Shown here one piece after another: positions 17,148-25,866 of a stretch of 30,459 nt of DNA (position 1 is its first letter; every line of letters begins with the position of its first letter). The position numbers were made by a program, and so were the translations under genes. The notes under the pieces were generated by a model that worked only from the letters and a program-made list of their open reading frames with translations, had not been told where the DNA came from and ran no database searches. The DNA is from Pseudonocardiales bacterium (lineage in GTDB: Bacteria; Actinomycetota; Actinomycetes; Mycobacteriales; Jatrophihabitantaceae), in contig JAVHVL010000642.1 of NCBI GenBank assembly GCA_032160565.1, positions 1 to 30,459 of the forward strand, in the 5' to 3' direction.

Positions 17148-18413
17148 ATGGAGGCGAGTCCGTTGTTGCAGCGGTTTGCGAACGCTGGAGTGCTGGTCGT
17201 CGATGACAACGCCGCGAATGTCGCGTTGCTGCGCGCGGTACTCACCCGGGCTGGGATTTCGAAGGTAGAGACGGTTACCAATTCCGGTCAGGCCCTCGCC
17301 TGTTACGACCGGTTGCAGCCTGATGTTGTGCTACTGGACCTGCATATGCCTGGCGTTGACGGCTACACGTTGCTTACCGAGTTGAGAGATCGTGCCGGCG
17401 CCAGTTATCTACCAATCCTTGTGCTGACGGCTGACACGACCCGCGATGCGCTTCACCGAGCCCTGAGCCTGGGAGCACGCGACTTCCTGAGCAAGCCGAT
17501 CGACACCCTTGAGCTGACCTTGCGAGTGCGGAATCTGCTGGAGACCCGTGATCTGCATGACCGGCTACGCCACCACAACTTGGCGTTGCAGTCGGAATTG
17601 GCCGGCTATCAATGGAGCGAGCAGGCTGAGCTTCAGGCTCGGGAGGGTCGCCGGGCGCGGGTGCGGCACGTCCTGGAGCAGAACCTTCTGACGGTGGTGT
17701 ATCAACCCATCGTGGATCTGTCGACGCGGAGCGCCGTCGGCTTCGAGGCGCTCGCCACATTCCCGGTGGAACCTGTGCGCGGACCGGATCGGTGGTTCGC
17801 CGACGCACTGGACATCGGGCTGGGCGAGGAGCTTGAACTGGCGGCTGTGAAGCAGGCGGTTGCCGTGCAGGAACGGATTCCGGACGGCGCCTTCATCGCG
17901 ATCAATGTGTCACCGGCGACGGTTCTGTCTCCGGCGCTTCCGGCGTTGCTGGCGAAGGCCGCGGGAAGGCAGTTGGTCATCGAGCTGACCGAGCATGTCC
18001 TGGTCGAGGACTTCGATGCGCTGGCCGCGGCCTTGGCGACGCTGCGCAGTCGCGGCGTGCGCCTAGCGGTGGATGACACCGGCGCCGGCTACGCCGGATT
18101 CCGTCACCTTCTAGGGTTGGCCCCGGACATCATCAAGCTCGACATTTGCCTGACACGCGGGATCGACACCGACCCGGCGCGGCGTGCCTTGGCCGCGGCG
18201 TTGGTGAAATTCTCCGCCGACACCGGCGCCACTTTGATAGCCGAAGGCGTGGAGAATGCGGCCGAGCTATCGACGCTGGTCGATCTGGGCATCGGCTGGG
18301 CGCAGGGTCATTACCTCGCCCGCCCCGCACCCTTGCTGAACCATCTGACACGCGGACTCGGCGTCCTGGCTGGGCCGTTCTCGCCGAACCAGCCGCGCAC
18401 CGCGACATCGTGA
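17148..18413 (+). CDS. Response regulator receiver-EAL domain protein (c-di-GMP phosphodiesterase)
   Basis: REC VVDDN...LLDLHMPG...FLSKP. EAL motifs YQPIV, FEALA, INVS, IELTE, VDDTGAGYAG, IKLD, AEGVE, AQG. Confidence 0.93.
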   Translation: MEASPLLQRFANAGVLVVDDNAANVALLRAVLTRAGISKVETVTNSGQALACYDRLQPDVVLLDLHMPGVDGYTLLTELRDRAGASYLPILVLTADTTRDALHRALSLGARDFLSKPIDTLELTLRVRNLLETRDLHDRLRHHNLALQSELAGYQWSEQAELQAREGRRARVRHVLEQNLLTVVYQPIVDLSTRSAVGFEALATFPVEPVRGPDRWFADALDIGLGEELELAAVKQAVAVQERIPDGAFIAINVSPATVLSPALPALLAKAAGRQLVIELTEHVLVEDFDALAAALATLRSRGVRLAVDDTGAGYAGFRHLLGLAPDIIKLDICLTRGIDTDPARRALAAALVKFSADTGATLIAEGVENAAELSTLVDLGIGWAQGHYLARPAPLLNHLTRGLGVLAGPFSPNQPRTATS

Positions 18414-20503
18414 TGAGTCAGGCAACCGACCACGGCGACATCGGGTTGGTGGTCGCGAGTCGGTTACCGCGTGCTCACCTCGCGCGCCACGGAACCGCTC
18501 TGTTGATCTTGCTGATACTGCTCGGCGCGAGCGCGCTGGCTGGGTTCACCGCGCGACGCTTCGTTCAAGATCAGGAACGCCGGCTGCTCACGCAGCGCAC
18601 CACCGAGCTGGCGGCATTTCTGACGAGCAGCTTGACCGGCATTCGCTCGTCAATGATCAGCATCGGCACCGTCGCGGCCACGCCAGGGTACGACTCGACG
18701 CTGCTGCCCAAGATCGCTGGTGCCGCCTTGTCGGCTACCAGCAGTATCACCGTCGCGCAGCGGAACACGACCGGATTCCACCGCATCGCTCACCTTGGCG
18801 CAGCCACCTCACCGGCAACGCAGCTCAGCGTCCCGCAACAACGACTGGCGCAGCGGGCCCTCACCTCAGCCGACCTCGTCACGTCAGTGGTATCTGAGAA
18901 TGCGGCGATCCAATTCCTGATGGCGGTCAAGGTGAACGCAACGGTCCCGACCGTCATCTTGTGGCAGTCACCCATCCAGCCGACCCGAACCGTACCGACC
19001 GCCGCCAGCTCCCCGTACCGCGACCTCAACGTCGCTGTCTATGCCTCGCCGACCGCTGACCCCAAGTCCCTGCTCCTGATCTCAGGTGCATTACCAGCGC
19101 CCGCGAACCGGCCCGTCCAGCGCGCCGTCCACATGGGCTCAGACACCTGGCTGCTGCTCGCCGCTTCCCGCCAGGATCTTGTCGGCTCCTTCGCGGCCAA
19201 CTTTCCGTGGACCATCACCCTCGCCGGGGTCCTGCTGTCCATCGCCGTCGCAATCCTGATCGATGTGCTCACCCGCCGTCGCGCCTACGCCTACAACCTC
19301 GTCCAACGCCGGACCAGCACACTGCAACAGGCCCAGGCCTCAGCGGAAGCAGCGAACCTGGCCAAGAGCGACTTCCTGTCCCGAATGAGCCATGAATTGC
19401 GCACCCCACTCAACGCCGTACTGGGCTTCGGTCAACTACTCCAGCAGGACGAGCTCACGCCCGATCAAAAGGAATCGGTCTCCCAAATCATGAAGGGCGG
19501 CCGACACCTGCTCAACCTCATCAATGAGGTACTCGAGATCGCACACATCGAGGCCGGCAAACTGTCCCTCTCACCGGAAGCCGTGCTCGTCAGCGAACTG
19601 ATCGCCGAGAGCGTGGACCTCATGCGTCCGTTGGCCCAAGACCGTGCCCTGCAGCTGCTGAACCCCGACGCACACCACTGCGACAAGTTCATCTTCACCG
19701 ACCGGCAACGTGTCAAGCAGATCCTGCTCAACCTGCTGTCCAACGCCATCAAATACAACCGCCGGGACGGCCGCATCTCGATCAGCTGCACCGAGGTCGC
19801 CACCGGTCGGCTGCGGATCCAGGTCACCGACACCGGACCGGGCATCCACCCGGACCACCTCCCACTGCTGTTCACCCCCTTCGAACGGCTCGGCGCCGAA
19901 GAGACCACCGTCGAAGGCACCGGCATCGGCCTGGCGCTATCCCACAAACTCGCCGAAGCGTTAGGCGGCACCCTCGGAGCGGATAGCACCCTCGGGCAGG
20001 GAAGCACCTTCTGGGTCGAGTTCCCCCTCGTGGAAGGACCGGTCGATCGCTACCACCGCCTCCACAGCCCCCCCGACGCTGCTCCCGCACCCGAAGCCAG
20101 CTCCACCCGAGCCAAAATCCTCTACATCGAGGACAACCTGTCCAACCTCAAACTCGTCGAACGAGTCCTCACCCACCGACCACACGTCGAGCTGATCGCC
20201 GCGATGCAAGGCCGACTCGGCCTGGAACTCGCCCGCGAACACCAACCCGTACTCGTGCTGCTAGACCTCAACCTCGCCGACCTCCCCGGCGAGCAAGTCC
20301 TGCAACAGCTTCGAGACGACCCCAACACCGCCGGCATACCCGTCATCGTCGTCAGCGCCGACGCCATGCCACGCAACGCCCAACGAGTCCTCAGCGCCGG
20401 CGCCTCCGGCTACCTCACCAAACCCATCGACGTCCCGGAATTGCTCCAGGTCATCGACAACGCCCTCACCGCCACAACACCAGCGGCACAAGCTGCTCAC
20501 TAA
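18413..20503 (+). CDS. Hybrid sensor histidine kinase (2 TM plus extracellular domain, HisKA, HATPase_c, C-terminal REC)
   Basis: FLSRMSHELRTPLN, QILLNLLSNAIKYN, DTGPGI, GTGIGL and REC IEDN...LLDLNL...YLTKP. Start at ATG 18413 via a TGATG overlap. Confidence 0.93.
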   Translation: MSQATDHGDIGLVVASRLPRAHLARHGTALLILLILLGASALAGFTARRFVQDQERRLLTQRTTELAAFLTSSLTGIRSSMISIGTVAATPGYDSTLLPKIAGAALSATSSITVAQRNTTGFHRIAHLGAATSPATQLSVPQQRLAQRALTSADLVTSVVSENAAIQFLMAVKVNATVPTVILWQSPIQPTRTVPTAASSPYRDLNVAVYASPTADPKSLLLISGALPAPANRPVQRAVHMGSDTWLLLAASRQDLVGSFAANFPWTITLAGVLLSIAVAILIDVLTRRRAYAYNLVQRRTSTLQQAQASAEAANLAKSDFLSRMSHELRTPLNAVLGFGQLLQQDELTPDQKESVSQIMKGGRHLLNLINEVLEIAHIEAGKLSLSPEAVLVSELIAESVDLMRPLAQDRALQLLNPDAHHCDKFIFTDRQRVKQILLNLLSNAIKYNRRDGRISISCTEVATGRLRIQVTDTGPGIHPDHLPLLFTPFERLGAEETTVEGTGIGLALSHKLAEALGGTLGADSTLGQGSTFWVEFPLVEGPVDRYHRLHSPPDAAPAPEASSTRAKILYIEDNLSNLKLVERVLTHRPHVELIAAMQGRLGLELAREHQPVLVLLDLNLADLPGEQVLQQLRDDPNTAGIPVIVVSADAMPRNAQRVLSAGASGYLTKPIDVPELLQVIDNALTATTPAAQAAH

Positions 20504-20567
20504 TCCCAACCACGACGAACCTGACGTGACGGACCCTGACAGCTGCGGCCCGACGTTCTATCTGGAC

Positions 20568-20945
20568 CTAGCTGCCTGTCGCGTCGTCGCCCCGGCCCGC
20601 GCGTCCGCGCGCTCGCGACCGTCCGGTGCGACTGCTCTGGTCGTGACGTTGCCGCTCGTGGACGAGTTCGGCCTCGAGCGTGGCCACCCGGGCTTTGAGG
20701 GTGAGGACGCGACTTATGCCGACGAGGGTCAGTCCCTCGTCGATGAGGGTGCAGACCTCGACGACTTGATCGATCTGGTGGCGGCTGTAGCGGCGCTGGC
20801 CACCGTCGGACCGGGCGGGACGCACGACATCGTGCTGGTCGAGGCGGCGCAGGAAGGCCTGCTGGACGCTCAGCATGTCCGACACCTGCCCGATCGTGAA
20901 GACGGGCGCCTCGCTGTCGTCGATCGAGAGCTTCACAACGCTCAC
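20568..20945 (-). CDS. MerR-family transcriptional regulator, HspR-like paralogue
   Basis: FTIGQVSDML...LRRLD...PARSDGGQRRYS...GLTLVGISRVL followed by a coiled coil. Start proposed at a leaderless GTG 20945 (track start ATG 20954). Confidence 0.88.
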   Translation of the reverse strand: MSVVKLSIDDSEAPVFTIGQVSDMLSVQQAFLRRLDQHDVVRPARSDGGQRRYSRHQIDQVVEVCTLIDEGLTLVGISRVLTLKARVATLEAELVHERQRHDQSSRTGRSRARGRAGRGDDATGS

Positions 20946-20952
20946 CTCAGGC

Positions 20953-20989
20953 ATTTTACTGAACTTGTTGGCTGAGCTTCAGGTTACCT
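20953..20989 (-). promoter_or_regulatory. Putative sigma70-type promoter of the merR/hspR-like gene
   Basis: On the minus strand: AGGTAAC-CTGAAG-N18-TAAAAT, then 7 nt to GTG. It overlaps the perfect palindrome TCAGGT-T-ACCTGA (20979-20991). Confidence 0.5.
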
Positions 20990-21133
20990 GATGATCCCGG
21001 ACGAGATCTCTGCCTGGCCAGTTTTTGCGCGACACGGTTGCCCGTCGCCGAGATGTGCGGCTCTCGGATGCTGGCCTCGCGCTTTGCGGTGTCGCGGCCG
21101 GTTGCGGCCGGCCGCGACCAACGGCTGTGCGGC

Positions 21134-21679
21134 TCAGGTGACCACCGGCGTCGGCGGCATTGGTGAGCGCCAGCGGTCGGACCGGCGCTTCGACATTGCG
21201 AGCGGGCGCTGACGTAGCGCGATCACTGAGAGCGCTGTGATGACGCCGAGCGCTATGGCGCCGACGCCGTAGGGCCATGACCAGGTCAGCCCGAGCAGGT
21301 GGTCGACCGAGATGCGGCCGGGTCCGGTGAAAGCGAGGCCGGTCGCGGTCACGGCGTAGGACGCTGGCAGTTCGTACCCACCGTTGGCGTTCCACAGGCC
21401 GTTAGGCACATGCACCGATGCGGCCGCAAGCATCACCCCGACGGCTATTGCCACGCCGAGTGGGGTCAGTAGGCCGAGCGCCAGCAGGCCACCGGCAGTG
21501 ACTTCTGCCAGACCGGCCAGCGCAGCCATGCGCCGACCGGGTCGGTATCCGACCGACTCGAAGAAGGCACCGGCGCCGGCAAGCCCCGGCCCGCCGAACC
21601 ACCCGAACAGCTTCTGGGCTCCGTGCCCGATCAGCAGCAGCCCCAGCCCGATGCGGATGACGAGCAGTCCGACAGTCAT
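21134..21679 (-). CDS. DoxX family membrane protein
   Basis: RIGLGLLLIGHGAQKLFGWFGG, AEVTAGGLLALGLLTP, NGGYE and GPGRISVD motifs; AAGGAGG SD. Confidence 0.93.
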   Translation of the reverse strand: MTVGLLVIRIGLGLLLIGHGAQKLFGWFGGPGLAGAGAFFESVGYRPGRRMAALAGLAEVTAGGLLALGLLTPLGVAIAVGVMLAAASVHVPNGLWNANGGYELPASYAVTATGLAFTGPGRISVDHLLGLTWSWPYGVGAIALGVITALSVIALRQRPLAMSKRRSDRWRSPMPPTPVVT

Positions 21680-21803
21680 TGCGAATCCTCCTTTGCAGAC
21701 GTGTGCTTCGCGTCGTCCTCGTGGGTCGGCAGCGGCCCCAGAAGGAGCTTCGAGGCCACCGCCGAATGCTCATCTCTTCCGTCACATGGTGTATCAGACT
21801 CCG

Positions 21804-21840
21804 AGGTAACTTGCAACTCCAACGAGAGCTTTTCTATACT
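21804..21840 (+). promoter_or_regulatory. Putative sigma70-type promoter of hsp20
   Basis: AGGTAAC-TTGCAA(21811-21816)-N18-TATACT(21835-21840), with near-consensus hexamers. Confidence 0.65.
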
Positions 21841-21925
21841 CGCGCAGTCGCATGTGATGGGCGTAGGAACTCACCTGCGACAGCCAACCAGTCAAACAGT
21901 CAATCGATAATGGAGGTGACGAGTC

Positions 21926-22387
21926 ATGACACCGCTGGACTCGCTGCTGGGTTTCGACCCGTTCTTCAGCGAGCTTGACCGCCTGAGCCGCCGGGTTCTC
22001 GGCGACGGCAACTCCGTCGGCGTGCCGAGCACGGCGATGCCGATGGACGTCGTGCGCCGCAACGACGCCCTGCTGGTCCGCCTGGACCTGCCCGGCGTGA
22101 CCCCGGAGAGCATCAACGTCACCGTCGACGGGCGCGTCCTGACGATCGAGGCGAACCGTGCGGTGGACGAGCACGAGGGTGACGTCGTCTACCTGCGTGC
22201 TCGCCCGTCCGGATCGGTCCGACGCCAGGTGATGTTGCCGGACAACCTCGACGTCGACCATGTCCAGGCGAGCTACGACGACGGTGTGCTCAGCCTGCGG
22301 ATCCCCGTCGCCGAGGACGCCACGCCGCGCCGGATCGAGATCCACCGGGGTAGGGCGAACAGCAAGCAGATCACCGCGGGCGGCTGA
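21926..22387 (+). CDS. Hsp20/alpha-crystallin small heat shock protein
   Basis: MPMDV...RLDLPGV...VDGRVLTI...RQVMLPDNLD...ASYDDGVLSLRIP...PRRIEI; GGAGGTGA SD. Confidence 0.96.
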   Translation: MTPLDSLLGFDPFFSELDRLSRRVLGDGNSVGVPSTAMPMDVVRRNDALLVRLDLPGVTPESINVTVDGRVLTIEANRAVDEHEGDVVYLRARPSGSVRRQVMLPDNLDVDHVQASYDDGVLSLRIPVAEDATPRRIEIHRGRANSKQITAGG

Positions 22388-22401
22388 TCCGGCTTGTGCA
22401 T

Positions 22402-22433
22402 GGGCCGGGCGCCGGGCAGCCGGCTCCCGGCCC
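22402..22433 (+). terminator. GC-rich hairpin after hsp20 (terminator or mRNA stabiliser)
   Basis: GGGCCGGG-C-GCCGG-[GCAG]-CCGGC-T-CCCGGCCC: 13-bp stem with one mismatch and no U-tract. Confidence 0.55.
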
Positions 22434-22484
22434 GTCACCGCCGGGGCTGAGCCCAGTCGCACGTATGGACTGGAGGACTTGGAT

Positions 22485-24605
22485 ATGGCGCAGGGTTGGA
22501 CGTTCAGCGAGGAACCCGTACGGGTCAGCGGCGCGACCGTCACGCTCGTGGAGGGGTCATCGTTCTGCCTGTGCGAGCAGACGGGTGACGTGCACCCGGG
22601 CTCCCCACACGGGTTGTTCTTCCGCGACACGCGGATCTTGTCGGCCTGGCAGCTTCGCCTCGACGAGGAGGAGGTCGAGCCGCTCGCCGTCATGACGGAG
22701 GAGCCGTACCGCGCGACCTTTCTGGGCCGGGCCAGGCCACGTGCCGGGCTGGCGGACAGCACGCTGCTCGTCGAGCGGCGGCGTTTCGTCGGTGCCGGGA
22801 TGCGTGAGGACATCGTGCTGCGCAATCTCGGCCGCGAGGCCGCCGCGTGCACGCTCACGCTCCGCGTGGAGGCAGACTTCGCGGATCTGTTCGAGGTGAA
22901 AGAAGGCCGCGTTCGCCACCGGGGGCAGCACAGTGTGGAGCACACCGACGGCGAGCTACGACTGGCGCGGCGCTGGCAGGATCAGTTGCGCGCGGTGCGC
23001 GTGACCGCTGAAGGTGCCATCGCCGCCGCGCATCTGTTGACCTTCCGCGTGGTCGTGCCGCCGCGCGAGACGTGGCAGACCACCGTGCAGGTGTCGCCGG
23101 TCGTCGATGGCCACCAGTCGCAGCCGACGTTCCCGCAGGACGAGCCGGTTGAGCACGCTGTTCCCGCCGTTCGATCCACCCAGTGGCGGGACACCGGGCC
23201 GAGCCTCGTCGTGGATGACGAAGCGCTGCGGCGGACTCTCGCGCGTAGCCGCGAGGACCTCGGCGCGCTGCGGATCTTCGATCCTGACCTGCCGGGTCGC
23301 GCGGCCGTAGCCGCCGGCGCCCCGTGGTTCATGGCCCTGTTCGGGCGGGACTCGATCATCACGTCGCTGATGACGCTCGGGATGGATCCGATGCTCGCCC
23401 TGGGTACCGCGCAGACGCTCGCGCGATACCAGGGTCAGCGGGTCGATCCGCTCACCGAGGAGCAGCCGGGCCGGATCCCCCATGAACTCCGTTTCGGCGT
23501 GGACGCATCGCTGGTGCTGGGTGGGAATGTCTACTACGGCACCGCCGACGCGACCCCGTTGTTCGTGATGCTGCTCGGCGAGTTGTGCAGGTGGGGTGTC
23601 GACCGCGAGCAGGTGCACGCCCTGCTGCCGCACGCGGACCGTGCCCTGGAATGGATCGACCAGTACGGCGACATGGACGGCGACGGTTTCGTCGAGTACC
23701 GACGGGCGACCGATCACGGCCTGGTCAACCAGGGTTGGAAGGACTCGTGGGACGCAATCACCTTCGCCGACGGCCGGATCGCGCAGGCGCCGATCGCGCT
23801 GTGCGAGGTACAGGGTTACGTCTACGCCGCGTACCTCGCCCGCGCCCTACTGGCCGCGGACACCGGTGACGAGGCACGAGCGCAATTCTGGCGTCAGCGG
23901 GCCGCTCGGCTGAAGCGGCTGTTCAACGAGCGGTTCTGGCTGCCCGAGCGTGGCTGGTTCGCGCTCGGTCTGGACCGGGACAAGCGCGCGATCGACGCAC
24001 TGGCCTCCAACATCGGTCACTGCTTGTGGACCGGGATCGTCGACGACGACAAGGCCGCTGCCGTCGCCGAACGGCTGCTGTCAGCCGAGATGTTCAGTGG
24101 CTGGGGTGTCCGCACTCTTGCGACCAGCATGGCGGCCTATAACCCGATGAGCTATCACAACGGGTCGGTGTGGCCGCACGACAACGCGATCATCGCCGCC
24201 GGCCTGATGCGCTACGGCTTCGTCGAGGATGCCCAACGCGTCGCCTGCGCAATGTATGACTCGGCGGCGGCGTTCGACGGCCGACTACCGGAGCTGATGT
24301 GCGGCTTCGACCGGTCCGAATACCCGCGGCCGGTGCCCTACCCGACGGCGTGCTCCCCGCAGGCATGGGCGGCGGCCGCGCCGGTGGAGCTGTTGCGGGT
24401 GCTGCTGCAGGCCGAGCCCTGCCTGCCGCACGGCCGAATCCGGCTCGACCCAGTGTTGCCGCCGCGATTCGACTCACTGCTACTGCGCGACGTGCCGCTC
24501 GGCGACTCCCGGATCCACATCGAGGTCAAGGACGCAACGGCGCGAGTGAGCGGCCTACCGGACCGCGTCGCCGTGATCGACGAACCGTGCGCCTGTGACA
24601 ACTGA
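22485..24605 (+). CDS. Amylo-alpha-1,6-glucosidase family protein (glycogen debranching N-terminal domain plus (alpha/alpha)6 hydrolase)
   Basis: GAPWFMALFGRDS, EQPGRIPHE, YYGTADATPLF, NQGWKDS, YHNGSVWPHDN, LPEL and PQAWAA motifs. GGAGG SD before ATG 22485. Confidence 0.92.
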   Translation: MAQGWTFSEEPVRVSGATVTLVEGSSFCLCEQTGDVHPGSPHGLFFRDTRILSAWQLRLDEEEVEPLAVMTEEPYRATFLGRARPRAGLADSTLLVERRRFVGAGMREDIVLRNLGREAAACTLTLRVEADFADLFEVKEGRVRHRGQHSVEHTDGELRLARRWQDQLRAVRVTAEGAIAAAHLLTFRVVVPPRETWQTTVQVSPVVDGHQSQPTFPQDEPVEHAVPAVRSTQWRDTGPSLVVDDEALRRTLARSREDLGALRIFDPDLPGRAAVAAGAPWFMALFGRDSIITSLMTLGMDPMLALGTAQTLARYQGQRVDPLTEEQPGRIPHELRFGVDASLVLGGNVYYGTADATPLFVMLLGELCRWGVDREQVHALLPHADRALEWIDQYGDMDGDGFVEYRRATDHGLVNQGWKDSWDAITFADGRIAQAPIALCEVQGYVYAAYLARALLAADTGDEARAQFWRQRAARLKRLFNERFWLPERGWFALGLDRDKRAIDALASNIGHCLWTGIVDDDKAAAVAERLLSAEMFSGWGVRTLATSMAAYNPMSYHNGSVWPHDNAIIAAGLMRYGFVEDAQRVACAMYDSAAAFDGRLPELMCGFDRSEYPRPVPYPTACSPQAWAAAAPVELLRVLLQAEPCLPHGRIRLDPVLPPRFDSLLLRDVPLGDSRIHIEVKDATARVSGLPDRVAVIDEPCACDN

Positions 24606-24643
24606 CCGCTGCTGAACCGCGTCGAGATCGAAAGGAGACAACC

Positions 24644-25816
24644 GTGACAGGTCAGCCGCTACGTATAGCCATGATCGTGCCGCCCTGGTACGAGCTGCCA
24701 CCCAAGGGATACGGCGGAATCGAGGCGGTGTGCGCCGACCTGGCCGACGCCCTCGTCGGCCGCGGACACGACGTGACCGTCATCGGTACGGGACACAACG
24801 GAACTCGCGCCCGGTTCGTGGCCACCTACCCCGCCCCGCAGGGTGCCAGGATCGGCGAGCCGCTACCCGAGGTCCTGCATGCCGCGGCGGCCGGCGAACT
24901 GCTCGAGCAACTCCACGTCGACGTCGTTCACGACCACACCCTCGCCGGTCCACTCCTTGCCCGCGGGCGTGACGTTCCAACCGTGCACACCGCGCACGGC
25001 CTGGTCACCGGGGAGCCAGGCGAGTACTACCGGCACCTGGGCGACAGCGTGCAGCTCGTGGCGATCTCGGATGCCCAGCGGCGAAGCGCGCCGAACCTGA
25101 ACTGGACCGCGACCGTGCACAACGCAGCCCGAGTCGATGACTTCCCGTTCCGCGCCGATAAGGAGGACTGGGTCCTCTTCCTCGGCCGATGCACCCCCGA
25201 CAAGGGCATGCACCTCGCGATCGATGCCGCGCGCGCCGCCGGCCGGCCGATCAAGCTGGCCGCCAAATGCAGCGAACCCGGCGAACGGGCGTACTTCGAA
25301 ACCGAGATCCGGCCCCGGCTGGGACCCGGAGTCGAATGGCTGGGCGAAGTCGGCGGGGAACGGAAGAAGGAGCTGCTGTCCCGTGCGAGATGCCTACTCT
25401 TCCCGATCCGCTGGGAGGAACCATTCGGCATGGTCATGATCGAAGCCATGGCCTGCGGCACCCCCATCGTGGCGCTGCGCCGCGGCTCGGTGCCCGAGGT
25501 GGTCAGCGACGGCGCCACCGGCATCATCTGCGACCACCCGGACCAACTACCCGACGCGCTCAACGCCGTCCACGCAATCGAGCCGGTCCAATGCCGCAAG
25601 CACGTCCACACCCACTTTCACCCCGACGCGATGGCGGCCGGATACGAAAGCGCCTACCTGCACGCAATCGAACGTGCCGGACGGACCCGCCGCCTGGTCG
25701 ACTCCACGCCGAGACCGCTACCCCGTCGAATTCGCCTCCACGACACCCGGCCAACCCATCAACCGGCCGGGACGGGCGAACGTCGCGCCTCGACCAGCCA
25801 CGCCGCCACGAACTAG
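24644..25816 (+). CDS. Glycosyltransferase family 4 (GT-B)
   Basis: PPKGYGGIE, FLGRCTPDKG and the EX7E motif WEEPFGMVMIEAMACGTP; GAAAGGAG SD. Confidence 0.94.
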   Translation: MTGQPLRIAMIVPPWYELPPKGYGGIEAVCADLADALVGRGHDVTVIGTGHNGTRARFVATYPAPQGARIGEPLPEVLHAAAAGELLEQLHVDVVHDHTLAGPLLARGRDVPTVHTAHGLVTGEPGEYYRHLGDSVQLVAISDAQRRSAPNLNWTATVHNAARVDDFPFRADKEDWVLFLGRCTPDKGMHLAIDAARAAGRPIKLAAKCSEPGERAYFETEIRPRLGPGVEWLGEVGGERKKELLSRARCLLFPIRWEEPFGMVMIEAMACGTPIVALRRGSVPEVVSDGATGIICDHPDQLPDALNAVHAIEPVQCRKHVHTHFHPDAMAAGYESAYLHAIERAGRTRRLVDSTPRPLPRRIRLHDTRPTHQPAGTGERRASTSHAATN

Positions 25817-25866
25817 GAAGCCCCACAATCGCGCCCCATGGGGAAAGCGTCGAGGCCCCCCTTGCC

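Noticed and set aside
21680-21925. Canonical HAIR (HspR) or CIRCE (HrcA) operator at hsp20
   Set aside because: No CTTGAGT-N7-ACTCAAG or TTAGCACTC-N9-GAGTGCTAA match seen.
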